From assembly GCA_027858735.1 (NCBI GenBank), contig JAQICC010000266.1, positions 1 through 62,326 on the forward strand: a stretch of DNA of 62,326 nt, read 5' to 3'. Below are positions 31,745 through 41,913 of the stretch, piece by piece; the first letter of the stretch is position 1, and each line of letters opens with the position of its first letter. The notes beneath the pieces were generated by a model. That model saw only the letters and a program-made list of their open reading frames with translations. It was not told where the DNA came from and ran no database searches. A program made the translations under genes and the position numbers. Source of the DNA: Salinivirgaceae bacterium. GTDB lineage: Bacteria > Bacteroidota > Bacteroidia > Bacteroidales > SZUA-534.

Positions 31745-32091
31745 AAAGTAAATTTAGTAACTGCATCCCCATACAGCAAAATTGGTTTTTGAAAATAGTG
31801 AAATATAATGGCTTAAACAACTTAGCTCATATTATCACTGGATAATTGTATTAAAAACAATATAAATATCACTAAAATAATGTGTTTTTATAAACACTAA
31901 AGATGCTAAAATAGCGAATCACAATAATTGCTTTTAATTTATTATTGATTGCTCATTATTTTCATGACTTTTGTTGTAATTAATTCAGCAATAATATTTC
32001 AAATGCAATTGCCCTGATGCTATTGCTATTTTAATGCAATTAGAAAACAACGAAAATAGCCATCTTGTTAACTAAGAATCCATAAAAAAAA

Positions 32092-32111
32092 GGCTCGGAA
32101 TAAACCGAGCC
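32092..32111 (-). terminator. intrinsic terminator after the 3206-aa gene
   Basis: GGCTCGG-AATAAA-CCGAGCC with an A-run on + (U-tail on -). Confidence 0.75.
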
Positions 32112-32136
32112 CTTTTAAATTTAAAATCAAACAATT

Positions 32137-35100
32137 TTATTCAATCACAATTCTTTTCGTTTGAATATTGTTTTCACGCTTAACCTTAATTATGTATACA
32201 CCTTCTGTTAAATATATTTCGGTGCGAGAACTCTGAGCTTTGTTGAAATACTCAATAGCACCTTTAACATTAAATACAGTAATTTCGGTTTGCTCAAACT
32301 TTTCTGTTTCAACATACGCTGTGTTTTTATAAGCAAATATTTTAACATTCTTATTGCTTAAACTTGAAATACCAACATACATTTCGATTTGAATTGGTAC
32401 AATGCATTTCTCAGATATTGAATCACCACTTGTGGCATAAGCCCTATATCTTCCGGGGTTTACTCCTTCAATCGAAATTTCAAGATCTTCAAATGCATCA
32501 ACAACATTGGCGCTTGTACCATCATTGTTATCAACAGCACCTGATAAATCACTTATAGTGGTAACATCAATAGAATCGGCTACTAAATAAACTATAGCAT
32601 TTATTTCGTAGGTCGATTGTGCCACTACCGTTTCACCGGGACCATTAGTCTTACTTAACTGGATTTCCATATCCACTTCTAATCCACGAATTTCGGCAGC
32701 ATTAACACTTCGCTGCGACCATTCTGTTTCATTAGCATTTACGGCATATCCATAATACATGCCCGGCATAATATCAGTAACATCAATTCCCACGATCACG
32801 CCTGCTTCAGCAACAATTGCCTTGCGTGCGTCACCAGAATCGGCTAGTGTAATTAAATCGTTAACTGAAAGTATTATAGCCTGCTCAGGTACCAAATAAA
32901 TAGTACTTCCGGTTGAACCACATGTAGCCTTTACCGTTTGCCCGGCTTCGTTGGCTAAAAGTTGGCCTTTCATTGAAATGGCAATTGGTATAATGTAAGT
33001 CGCTGTATTTGCAGCATCCTGAACCGAATCACCCATAACATTAACAACTTCAGCAACTTCAGCAATAATGGTTGCAAAATCGACTGCAGAACCAAAATCA
33101 GCAACCGTAAGTACTACCTCGTTTGGTGAGACCACGCTCACTGCTTCCGGATTACCTGTTAAGCCAACAGTACCTGAAAGTGTATAATTAGTTGCAACAG
33201 CAGCAGATACTGTATCAACAGCCTGACTGAATATTAACTTAAGCTCTGTATTGCTAACATATACCATGTCTGGTTCAACCATTAAATCATCAGTTGCCAA
33301 CCAGCGCAAGTCACCTAATTGTTTACCATCGTTACCTGCACCTAAAATACTAGCATTTGTTGGTGCATAATTAAAGTTCGCACGATCGTAATAAGCTGGG
33401 TTGTAAACCGTAGTATTACTAACCTGACTCATTCCGTGCATTGCAATGCTTGGTGTTAAGTAAAGGTTGTTATGTGTTAGCTTTGATGAACCATAAGCTA
33501 CTAAAGCAGTATCGGTAGCCACTTGCGATGCTGAATTACTTACAATGCTATTCGACATGCTTAAGTATGAAAGATTATCAGGAGTAATGATCCTTGCTGA
33601 AGGACTATTTACACCTATGCTATCAAATGTACAATGGTCAATTTGTATTGTTGATTTTGTATCGGCTAAAGGAGCTGATACGTTTAATACAGAAGGTACA
33701 TCAACGAAAGTACAATTTGTAATGCGTAAGGAACCAAAATATTCTTTATTAACCGTATTTCTGAAATATATGGCTTGATTGTAAGTATTTTTCACAATAC
33801 AATTGTTGAATACCACACTATCGGCCATAACATTATTTGCCTGACGGAATACATAACCATCGGTAGATTCAACACCTGATGAATTAAGGTTTTGCGTATT
33901 AAAATCATGAATGTAACAGTCATCAAAAACCACAGAATAACCATAGTCAAAATCAACATCTTCACGAACGCGTAAAGCCCAAGTTGAGTTACCTGCAAAA
34001 TCATCATTGGCACCACCATCAAACTCAATACCTTCAATATGAAGTAAACCACCTGGAGGATAATACTCAATTAAGCGCATAAAATGACGTACATCTTCAT
34101 CGCCTACGGCTGGGTTATAGAACAAGACAGGCTTTTCGGCCAAACCTTTTTGTGCGTGTAAATAAACACCACCATAAACTCTAAAGTAGGTTTTGAAATT
34201 ATACACACCACCTGAAGTTGTAAGAATAACTTCGTCACCGGTTGTAATGCTGGCATTGTAAAATGCACTACGCATATCTTCAGCTTGTTCGGCAGTATAA
34301 TAGTATACTCTAGGAATACGCACAGTTACTGCATCAGCAGCAGGATCGGAAATTTGTGAACCTACTACCATGTAGAAATGATATTTACCTGCCTCTAAAC
34401 CTGCTGTTGAAACTTTAAAGTCAACTTCGGCTGTAGCTACTGTATCTTTTGCAGCCAAATTATTTACTACTGCTTCTTCAAGTATTTCAACAGTTAAATT
34501 ATCTGAATTAACATCATCATTTAATAAATAAACATGTCCGCCAATTGATCCCCCCATTACATAAGCATAGCTCCAGTTACCTTCAACATTTGTTGCGGTT
34601 TGTACTTTATTGTTAGCATAAATTGCTGAATTGATATAAACTGGATTTTCACCGCGTAACGAAATATTCGTATCGGAAACGGCATAACCATAGTAGGTTC
34701 CTGTTTGTAAGCCTTCTACTGAAATTTCAACAGCAACATCAGCCAAAGCATTTGCTTTATTACCACGTTTTCCGGTAACAGCACTTTCCAAATCAGCTAT
34801 TGAAGTGTAATCGCCTTCTTTTACAATGTACACAATACCATCAACGCTTGTAGTAACTGATACCAGTTTGCCAACACCATTGGTCACTATTTGCTCGTCG
34901 TACTGAATGTTTAACCAATCAAGTACAACACTTGCATATTGCGATGGAGCTGAAATTACACCTTTGCTATCTAAAACATAAGCATAATAGCTACCGCTAT
35001 AAAGTCCTGTAACTGAAATTTCAACATCGGTATTAGCCGCAACTATAGAAGCTGAATCTCCCTTATTGGCAGCAACAGCAGCATTTAAATCGTCTACAGT

Positions 35101-38100
35101 AGCAACACTTAAACCTTCGCGAATAATGTAAAGCATACCATTTGCAACATTGGCTTGAACCACTATTTTATCGCCTACCAAATTCGTTGTTGTTTGAGGA
35201 TACATAATCGCAATTACACTATCGGCCTTAACATACCAATTTAAGTCACCCACAGTCTCGCCATCGGCACATACATAACTGGTATCGTTTAATAAAGCAA
35301 AGTTGTAATTTGCAGAATCGGCAAATATTGGAACGGTTGTAAAAGTATTTGTTCCTGCATCCGCTGCTAACAATTCAACGTCAAGATAGTTGTAATCAAT
35401 AACATCAACATTTAAGCTATCGCTCACCTGATCGAATAAACTATTGGTTACAGAAATACTTCCTGCAATTCTGTCTTTATCGTAACGGAATATATTACCG
35501 CCAATTTGCGAGAAAGTACAATGGTTAATAGTTAAATCATCACCACCGGCATAAGCACCGCTTGAGCGATAGAATACTACGCCTTCACCTTCTAATTTCA
35601 CAAAGCTTGAGTTAGAAATAGAAATATCGCCATAATCGGCTGTATTGTTATACAAATTGATAACACGTTGCTTACTGTCAGTTACCAAACAATTCTCCAT
35701 AACAACTTTACTACCAGCAGTATTCAGGCGGAAACTACCGTTGCTATTTGTATTGTTATGCGAATAACAATTGCGAATTACTAAATTCGTTTTGCTATCG
35801 GAACGCAATACATTGTTAGGTATACCTGTACAATCAAATTCAATACCATCAATGGTTAAATCAACATCGTCGGTTGCATTACGAACACGCAACATACCAA
35901 ACGAAGCACTTGTACCAGCCGAATATGTAATAACTGGTTTTGCAGCCAGTCCTGGCTTAGCCATTAACACAGCACTCTTACTAAAATCGGGCTTGCTTGG
36001 TAAATCATAAACTCCACCCGAAGTTGAAAGAATATACATATCGTATAAACCGGCTGTGATATCATCTACTAAAGCTTGAACTTCACCGGCTGCATACTCC
36101 TTAAATGGAGAAGTACTGCTTACTACTGCTAGTTTAGCTATACCTTTAGTAGAAATATTCCCTACAGCATCAACGGAATAGGCATAATAAACGCCTACCG
36201 CTAAACCTGTAGTTGAAATATTTACATCGTTAAGTTTGGCAGTTACCGTATCAACAGCACCTTTACCAGCTGCAATAGCTGCATCAAACAAGGCTACAGT
36301 TGGAGCTACAGTATCGGCAATTACACCATCAAGAATAATATAAACCTTACCGCTACTTTCGCTACTTTGAACAGCTACAAACTGATCAGCAGCATCGGAA
36401 GCCGTTTGTGCACTTGCATAAACTTCAGGTGCTCCTTTAATTACAGTTATGGCGCTATCACCTTTTGCTGATAAATTGCCATCACCATCAACTGCATAAG
36501 CGTAATACGTACCTAAAGCAAGGCTATCGGTAGCTACACTAATGTCAGTATCGTTTGCTATTATTGTGGCCGAATCGGCTTTAGAAGCTGCAACAGCTGC
36601 GTTAAGTTCTGCAATTGTTGTTTGCGCTTCGCCGCTTAATACAATATAAACCGTACCAGTTGGCTTATTACTTTGAACAAGAGCTACAGCACCTTTTGCA
36701 TTGGTAACCGTTTGAACCGTATTTATAACAGCAACAGGAATACTTGCATCAAGAATAGTAATGGCTGCACTGCCTTTTACAGAGATGTTTCCTTCACCAT
36801 CAACAGCATAAGCATAATAAGTACCTGCTGCTAATCCTGCAGTTGAAATAGTAACTGAAGTGTTTGCAACAGTAACTGTATCTTTAGCACCTATAGCGGC
36901 AGTAACTGCAGCGTTAAGTTCTGCCAAAGTACTTTGTGCTTCACCATCTAAAATTACATAAATATAACCTGCATCTTTATTACTCATGGCTAGAACTTCC
37001 TGACCAACGGCATTTGTTACCGATTGTTCTTCGCAAACCACCATTACATCCTCAGGTCCTTTTTCGTGCCAACGCGGATCACCAATTGGTGTAGTTCCAT
37101 CGCTACCTAATAAAAAGCCTTGGTTGGTTAAGCTTAAGTCAAGCGTTGCACTGTCTTTATAAACCGGTGCAGTTGTTATAGCGTTTGTTACTACCAATGC
37201 TGAAGGTAAAACTCCACCAAAACCAGCTACATAAGAGTAGTTAATAGAATCGGTTGTACCTGGTGTATTAAACTCAATGGTATCTTTTACCGCTTCAAAA
37301 ATTGAGTTTGTTACTTTAAACGATTCTGTTAAAGTACCTATCTTAAATACATTATCCTCAATATTTATGAAATTACACTGGTCAACAGTAATACTATTGG
37401 CTGTACTACTTGATGCCGTAATCCAATGTATTACAGGATCGTTGGTAATATTAGCGAATGTTGAATTTGTAATTTTAACATCACCAAATAATAAATCGTT
37501 CTTATCTAAACGGATTAATCGTCCGTAACAATCATGTACAAAACAATCATCCATGGTTAAAGCAGTTCCTGCTTTATCTAAACGAACAATACCACTTGAG
37601 GTTGTGAAATTTTTAATCTCACAATTTTTAACAACTGCAGTAGCGCTATCTTTACGTAAGCGAACAACTCCCGCCATTGCTTCAGTCGCAGTACCATCAA
37701 GTATAACACCTTCAAGCTGTAAGGCAAATTTACCATTCTGTATATCGAAAAAGCTACGGTAGGTGCTTGCATTCGCAGCATCAGTAAACATTGGTTTTGC
37801 AGCCAAACCGGCTTTTGCCATAACAGTAATGTCAGATGCAATATCGATATCGGAAGCCACATAGTTACCACCTGAAGTGCTTAATATATACGTATCGTAT
37901 AAGGCAGCTTCAATATCGGCAACTAAAGCGTCAATATCAGTATCGGCATATTCTTTAGAACTAATTGTACTGCTTGTTACAGTAATTTTATTGGCACCTT
38001 TTGCCGATACATTACCAACAGAATCGGTAGCATATGCATAATAAACGCCAACTGCCAAACCTTCGGTTGAAACCGAAATGTTTGTTAAAGATGCAGTTAC

Positions 38101-41100
38101 CGTATCAACCGCACCTTTACCAGCTGCAACAGCAGCTTCAAAAGCTGGAATTGAATCTTGCAACTCGCCTGAAAGTATAATATAAACTTTACCATGATTG
38201 TCGCTACTTTGAACCAAAACGGTTTGACCAGCAGCATCGGTTGCTGACTGCACATCGGCATAAACCTCAGGCGAACCTTTAATTATTGTGATGGCATTGG
38301 TTCCTTTAGCAGAAATATTTCCATCAACGTCAACCGCATAAGCATAGTACGAACCTAAAGCTAAGCTATCGGTTGGCACACTCATATCGGAATCGTTAGC
38401 CGTTACCGTAGCCGAATCGGCTTTATTGGCAGCTATAGCAGCTTTTAATTCTGTAACAGAAGATTGGGCAACACCATCAAGTACAATATAAACAGTACCT
38501 GTTGGCTTGTTGCTTTGAACTAGAGCCACAGCATCTTTTGCATTGCTCACTGTTTGAATTGCATTACTTACTGCAACCGGAATGGCTGCATTTAATACCG
38601 TAATGGCGTTGGTTCCTTTTGCTGAAATGGCATTCGAACCATCAACGGCATAAGCATAATACGTACCCCCAACTAAACCTTCGGAGGATATAGTTTCTAA
38701 TTTATAAGCTTCGGTTACCGTAACTTTAACTCCTTTTGAATCCGCTACTGCAGCATCAAAATCGGCAATAGTAACTTGTGTTTCACCATCAAGTATTATA
38801 TAAATTGAACCAGCTGCTTTGTTACTTTTAACCATAACTTGCTGTCCGGCAGCATTGGTTACCGACTGCACTTCATAAATTGCCAGTACAGACGAAGCTG
38901 CCTGATTGTGCCAGCGTGGGTCACCAATTGGTGTTTTACCAGTGCTTCCCAAAACAAAATCAGGATTTGTTAGGTTAAAATCAAGAGCTGCAGCATCGGT
39001 ATAAACCGGAGCTGTTGTAATTGTATTTTTCAATTTAAAATAGTCAGGTAATTCTTTACCGAAACCTGCTATATATGAATAATTAATAGAATCTGTAGTA
39101 CCTGGAGCGTTAAACTCTGTACTATCTTGAATAAGATCGAAAATTGAATTCGTAATTAAAACAGGTTCAACAACCGAACCTAGTTTAAATACGTTATCCT
39201 TAACATCGTAAAAATTACATTGATCAATGGTTATGTTATTAACCGTGCTACTTGCAGCAGTAACCCATTGAATTATAGGTTCACCAGTGATTTTAGCAAA
39301 GGTTGAATTGCTAATACTTATATCACCAAAAGCTGATGCATTGTTATTAATACGAACAAAACGTCCATGGCAATCATGTACAAAACAGCTATCCATTGTT
39401 AGTGAGGCTCCAGGATTACTTAACCTTAATGCCCCATTACTTGTTGTATAATTGTAAATCTCACATTGTTTAATAACCATACCGCTATTATCACCTCTAG
39501 CTCTAACAACGGCACCCATCGGTATACCATTTGTTGTTGCATCAAACTTTAATCCAATAAGAGTTAACGTGTATGCATCTCCAATATCGAAATATGTTTG
39601 CCATGTTTTTGTATTCTGTGAGGCCTTTATGATTGGCATAGCAGCTAAACCAGCTTTTGCTTTTACCACGATATCGGCTGATAAGTCAATATCTAAAAAC
39701 GAATAAACACCACCCGAAGTACTCAAAATGTATGTTTCATATACAGCCGCTTCCATTTCATTAGCTAGAGTTACAGTATCAACAACTGCATATTCTTTTT
39801 CGGTAATCGTTGTACTTGTTACAACAATTTTATTGCTTCCTTTTGTTGAAAGCGCATCATCGGCATCAACTGCATAAGCATAGTAAACACCTGGTGCTAA
39901 ACCTGTTGTTGAAAGTGCCACATCGGTATTTGCTGAAACAACACTTGCTGAAGCACCTTTATTGGCAGTTACGGCAGCATCTAAGTCAGCAATGGTTGTT
40001 TGCACCTCACCATCAAGAATAATATATACTTTTCCGGCACCTTCACTACTTTGCACATTAACTAGCTGTCCTGCAGCATCGGTTACCCTTTGCGCATCAG
40101 CTGTTACTGATGGTGCCGCATTACTAATGGTAATTGCATTTGTTCCTTTAACCGACATGTCGGTACCTTCAACAGCATAGGCATAATAGGTTCCTACTGC
40201 AATATCGCTTACAGAAATAGCCATATCGGTATTGGCACCAGTTACAGCAACTTTTGCTCCTTTTTTAGCGGCCACTGCAGCATCTAAATCTGCAATAGTA
40301 GCCTGTGTTTCACCATCAAGAATTACATATACAAAACCTGTTGCTTTTGTACTTTGAACAAGTACCTCATCACTTACACCATTTTCTGATGCTTGCACTG
40401 TATTTGACACCACCGGTAGTGGCACATATAGATTAACAGTAATTGCATTGCTTCCTTTTGCAGAAACTACATTGCTACCATCTACCGCATAGCCATAATA
40501 AGTACCAACATCGATACCTGAAGTTGAAACAGCTGTATGTGTAAAAGCTGCTGTTACGCCAGCTTTAGCGCCCTTCAAGGCAGTAACTGCCGCATCAAGT
40601 TCCGTTAAATTACTTTGGGCTTCACCATCAAGAATCATATATACAAAACCAGTAGCTTTGTTACTTTTAAGTTGAGCATTTGAAGTAGAACCGTTATCGA
40701 CAGTGTGTACATCATTATATTCCGCAACAGCAGGTGCTGGCGCTGTCGGATCCCAAAGTGGGTCTCCAATAGGTTTAGCAGCTGAGCCTGTCAATGAACC
40801 CGCATTTGTTAAAGTTAAATCCAAATTGCCGGCATCAACATAAGTTGGCGCCGTTGCTATCGAATTCGTTTCTGTTATATCAGAATCTAAAGTACCTGTA
40901 AGACCTGCAGTATAACAATAATCCATAGTACTTGATGTACCTGCTGTTGCCAATGTAATAGTACCCGTAATGGCATCAAAATTACTGTTGGTAATAGTTA
41001 AATTACCTACAACTGTTCCAAGGTTCATGGCCTTATCGGCAACATTGTAAAAGGTACATTGATCAACAGTAATATTTGTAACTGTACTACTACCAGTGCT

Positions 41101-41757
41101 AACCCAATGCAAAACAGGATCATCGGTAATATTTGCGAAAGTTGAATTCGTTACCGAAATATCTCCCATCGCAACTCCACTATTGTCAATACGTAAAAGT
41201 CGACCATAAGAATCATGTATGTAACTACCATCTACAGTAAGAGCAACTCCAGCATTTGCAAGACGAGCAACTCCATTTGCGGTACTAAAATCATACATCT
41301 CACAATTATTAATAGTAACACTTGCATTATCGCTCCTGGCACGCACTACACCAGACATTGCTTCAGTAGCAGCAGTACCATCAAATTTAATCCCTTCAAC
41401 GGTTAAGGAGAAAGCTCCTTGAATATCGAAGAAATATCTATAGGTTGAAGTATTACCAGTATTCGAAATTATTGGTTTCGCAGCCAAAAATTCCTTGGCT
41501 TTTACTATAATATTACTTGCTAAGTCGACATCAGACATGTCATAAATTCCACCTGAGCTAGACAGAATGTACTCATCATAAGTACCCCCTTCAATATCGG
41601 TTATTAAGTCGGCCACCTCTGAATCGGCATACTCTTTTGATGTTGCAAAACTCGGTAGGGCTAAACCCAAAAAGAGCGTGCAAAACACCACCAGATTCAA
41701 AGCTGTTTTTAACAGATTGAATCTCATTTTCAATAAATTGCAATGTGTTTTTTTCAT
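32137..41757 (-). CDS. giant T9SS-type exported repeat protein: five DUF4957/DUF5123-like beta-helix modules interleaved with 14 Ig-like repeats
   Basis: signal peptide; module starts (KEYA..YILSTSGG) near 41640, 39800, 37960, 36105, 34310, each ending in GDP(R/L)W or GDL(N/R)W; repeats VQS.K..G.VYIILDG..YYAYAVD; CTD-like tail GVYIIKV..KRIVIE. Confidence 0.8.
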   Translation of the reverse strand: MKKTHCNLLKMRFNLLKTALNLVVFCTLFLGLALPSFATSKEYADSEVADLITDIEGGTYDEYILSSSGGIYDMSDVDLASNIIVKAKEFLAAKPIISNTGNTSTYRYFFDIQGAFSLTVEGIKFDGTAATEAMSGVVRARSDNASVTINNCEMYDFSTANGVARLANAGVALTVDGSYIHDSYGRLLRIDNSGVAMGDISVTNSTFANITDDPVLHWVSTGSSTVTNITVDQCTFYNVADKAMNLGTVVGNLTITNSNFDAITGTITLATAGTSSTMDYCYTAGLTGTLDSDITETNSIATAPTYVDAGNLDLTLTNAGSLTGSAAKPIGDPLWDPTAPAPAVAEYNDVHTVDNGSTSNAQLKSNKATGFVYMILDGEAQSNLTELDAAVTALKGAKAGVTAAFTHTAVSTSGIDVGTYYGYAVDGSNVVSAKGSNAITVNLYVPLPVVSNTVQASENGVSDEVLVQSTKATGFVYVILDGETQATIADLDAAVAAKKGAKVAVTGANTDMAISVSDIAVGTYYAYAVEGTDMSVKGTNAITISNAAPSVTADAQRVTDAAGQLVNVQSSEGAGKVYIILDGEVQTTIADLDAAVTANKGASASVVSANTDVALSTTGLAPGVYYAYAVDADDALSTKGSNKIVVTSTTITEKEYAVVDTVTLANEMEAAVYETYILSTSGGVYSFLDIDLSADIVVKAKAGLAAMPIIKASQNTKTWQTYFDIGDAYTLTLIGLKFDATTNGIPMGAVVRARGDNSGMVIKQCEIYNYTTSNGALRLSNPGASLTMDSCFVHDCHGRFVRINNNASAFGDISISNSTFAKITGEPIIQWVTAASSTVNNITIDQCNFYDVKDNVFKLGSVVEPVLITNSIFDLIQDSTEFNAPGTTDSINYSYIAGFGKELPDYFKLKNTITTAPVYTDAAALDFNLTNPDFVLGSTGKTPIGDPRWHNQAASSVLAIYEVQSVTNAAGQQVMVKSNKAAGSIYIILDGETQVTIADFDAAVADSKGVKVTVTEAYKLETISSEGLVGGTYYAYAVDGSNAISAKGTNAITVLNAAIPVAVSNAIQTVSNAKDAVALVQSNKPTGTVYIVLDGVAQSSVTELKAAIAANKADSATVTANDSDMSVPTDSLALGSYYAYAVDVDGNISAKGTNAITIIKGSPEVYADVQSATDAAGQTVLVQSSDNHGKVYIILSGELQDSIPAFEAAVAAGKGAVDTVTASLTNISVSTEGLAVGVYYAYATDSVGNVSAKGANKITVTSSTISSKEYADTDIDALVADIEAALYDTYILSTSGGNYVASDIDIASDITVMAKAGLAAKPMFTDAANASTYRSFFDIQNGKFALQLEGVILDGTATEAMAGVVRLRKDSATAVVKNCEIKNFTTSSGIVRLDKAGTALTMDDCFVHDCYGRLIRLDKNDLLFGDVKITNSTFANITNDPVIHWITASSSTANSITVDQCNFINIEDNVFKIGTLTESFKVTNSIFEAVKDTIEFNTPGTTDSINYSYVAGFGGVLPSALVVTNAITTAPVYKDSATLDLSLTNQGFLLGSDGTTPIGDPRWHEKGPEDVMVVCEEQSVTNAVGQEVLAMSNKDAGYIYVILDGEAQSTLAELNAAVTAAIGAKDTVTVANTSVTISTAGLAAGTYYAYAVDGEGNISVKGSAAITILDASIPVAVINTVQTVTNAKGAVALVQSNKPTGTVYIVLSGEAQTTIAELNAAVAASKADSATIIANDTDISVATDSLALGTYYAYAVDGDGNLSAKGDSAITVIKGAPEVYASAQTASDAADQFVAVQSSESSGKVYIILDGVIADTVAPTVALFDAAIAAGKGAVDTVTAKLNDVNISTTGLAVGVYYAYSVDAVGNISTKGIAKLAVVSSTSPFKEYAAGEVQALVDDITAGLYDMYILSTSGGVYDLPSKPDFSKSAVLMAKPGLAAKPVITYSAGTSASFGMLRVRNATDDVDLTIDGIEFDCTGIPNNVLRSDSKTNLVIRNCYSHNNTNSNGSFRLNTAGSKVVMENCLVTDSKQRVINLYNNTADYGDISISNSSFVKLEGEGVVFYRSSGAYAGGDDLTINHCTFSQIGGNIFRYDKDRIAGSISVTNSLFDQVSDSLNVDVIDYNYLDVELLAADAGTNTFTTVPIFADSANYNFALLNDTSYVCADGETVGDLNWYVKADSVIAIMYPQTTTNLVGDKIVVQANVANGMLYIIREGLSVATVDDLNAAVAANKGDSASIVAANTDVEISVTGLYSGSYYAYVLDSKGVISAPSQYASVVLDWLNIQYDEQIVTNGVGKLVSVTTSVDGIVYIVKEGDYTSIADLESAVTGKRGNKANALADVAVEISVEGLQTGTYYGYAVSDTNISLRGENPVYINSAIYANNKVQTATNVEGNWSYAYVMGGSIGGHVYLLNDDVNSDNLTVEILEEAVVNNLAAKDTVATAEVDFKVSTAGLEAGKYHFYMVVGSQISDPAADAVTVRIPRVYYYTAEQAEDMRSAFYNASITTGDEVILTTSGGVYNFKTYFRVYGGVYLHAQKGLAEKPVLFYNPAVGDEDVRHFMRLIEYYPPGGLLHIEGIEFDGGANDDFAGNSTWALRVREDVDFDYGYSVVFDDCYIHDFNTQNLNSSGVESTDGYVFRQANNVMADSVVFNNCIVKNTYNQAIYFRNTVNKEYFGSLRITNCTFVDVPSVLNVSAPLADTKSTIQIDHCTFDSIGVNSPSARIITPDNLSYLSMSNSIVSNSASQVATDTALVAYGSSKLTHNNLYLTPSIAMHGMSQVSNTTVYNPAYYDRANFNYAPTNASILGAGNDGKQLGDLRWLATDDLMVEPDMVYVSNTELKLIFSQAVDTVSAAVATNYTLSGTVGLTGNPEAVSVVSPNEVVLTVADFGSAVDFATIIAEVAEVVNVMGDSVQDAANTATYIIPIAISMKGQLLANEAGQTVKATCGSTGSTIYLVPEQAIILSVNDLITLADSGDARKAIVAEAGVIVGIDVTDIMPGMYYGYAVNANETEWSQRSVNAAEIRGLEVDMEIQLSKTNGPGETVVAQSTYEINAIVYLVADSIDVTTISDLSGAVDNNDGTSANVVDAFEDLEISIEGVNPGRYRAYATSGDSISEKCIVPIQIEMYVGISSLSNKNVKIFAYKNTAYVETEKFEQTEITVFNVKGAIEYFNKAQSSRTEIYLTEGVYIIKVKRENNIQTKRIVIE

Positions 41758-41913
41758 ATAATTTAGTTTAAGTTAATTTGTTTATTAAGCAATACACTAG
41801 CTGTTTAAGGGGATTTTACAAGCCCTTAAATCAATATTTTATTCACTTATATTTAGTTAGTTTTTATCTACATAATCCCTATTTATTTGTGTCAAAAAGT
41901 GTTTGTTAAATCT

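Noticed and set aside
32137-41757. Giant protein as a cellulosome scaffoldin, RTX toxin or CDI/Rhs toxin
   Set aside because: No cohesin, dockerin, GGxGxD, FHA or RHS/YD motifs and no immunity gene visible
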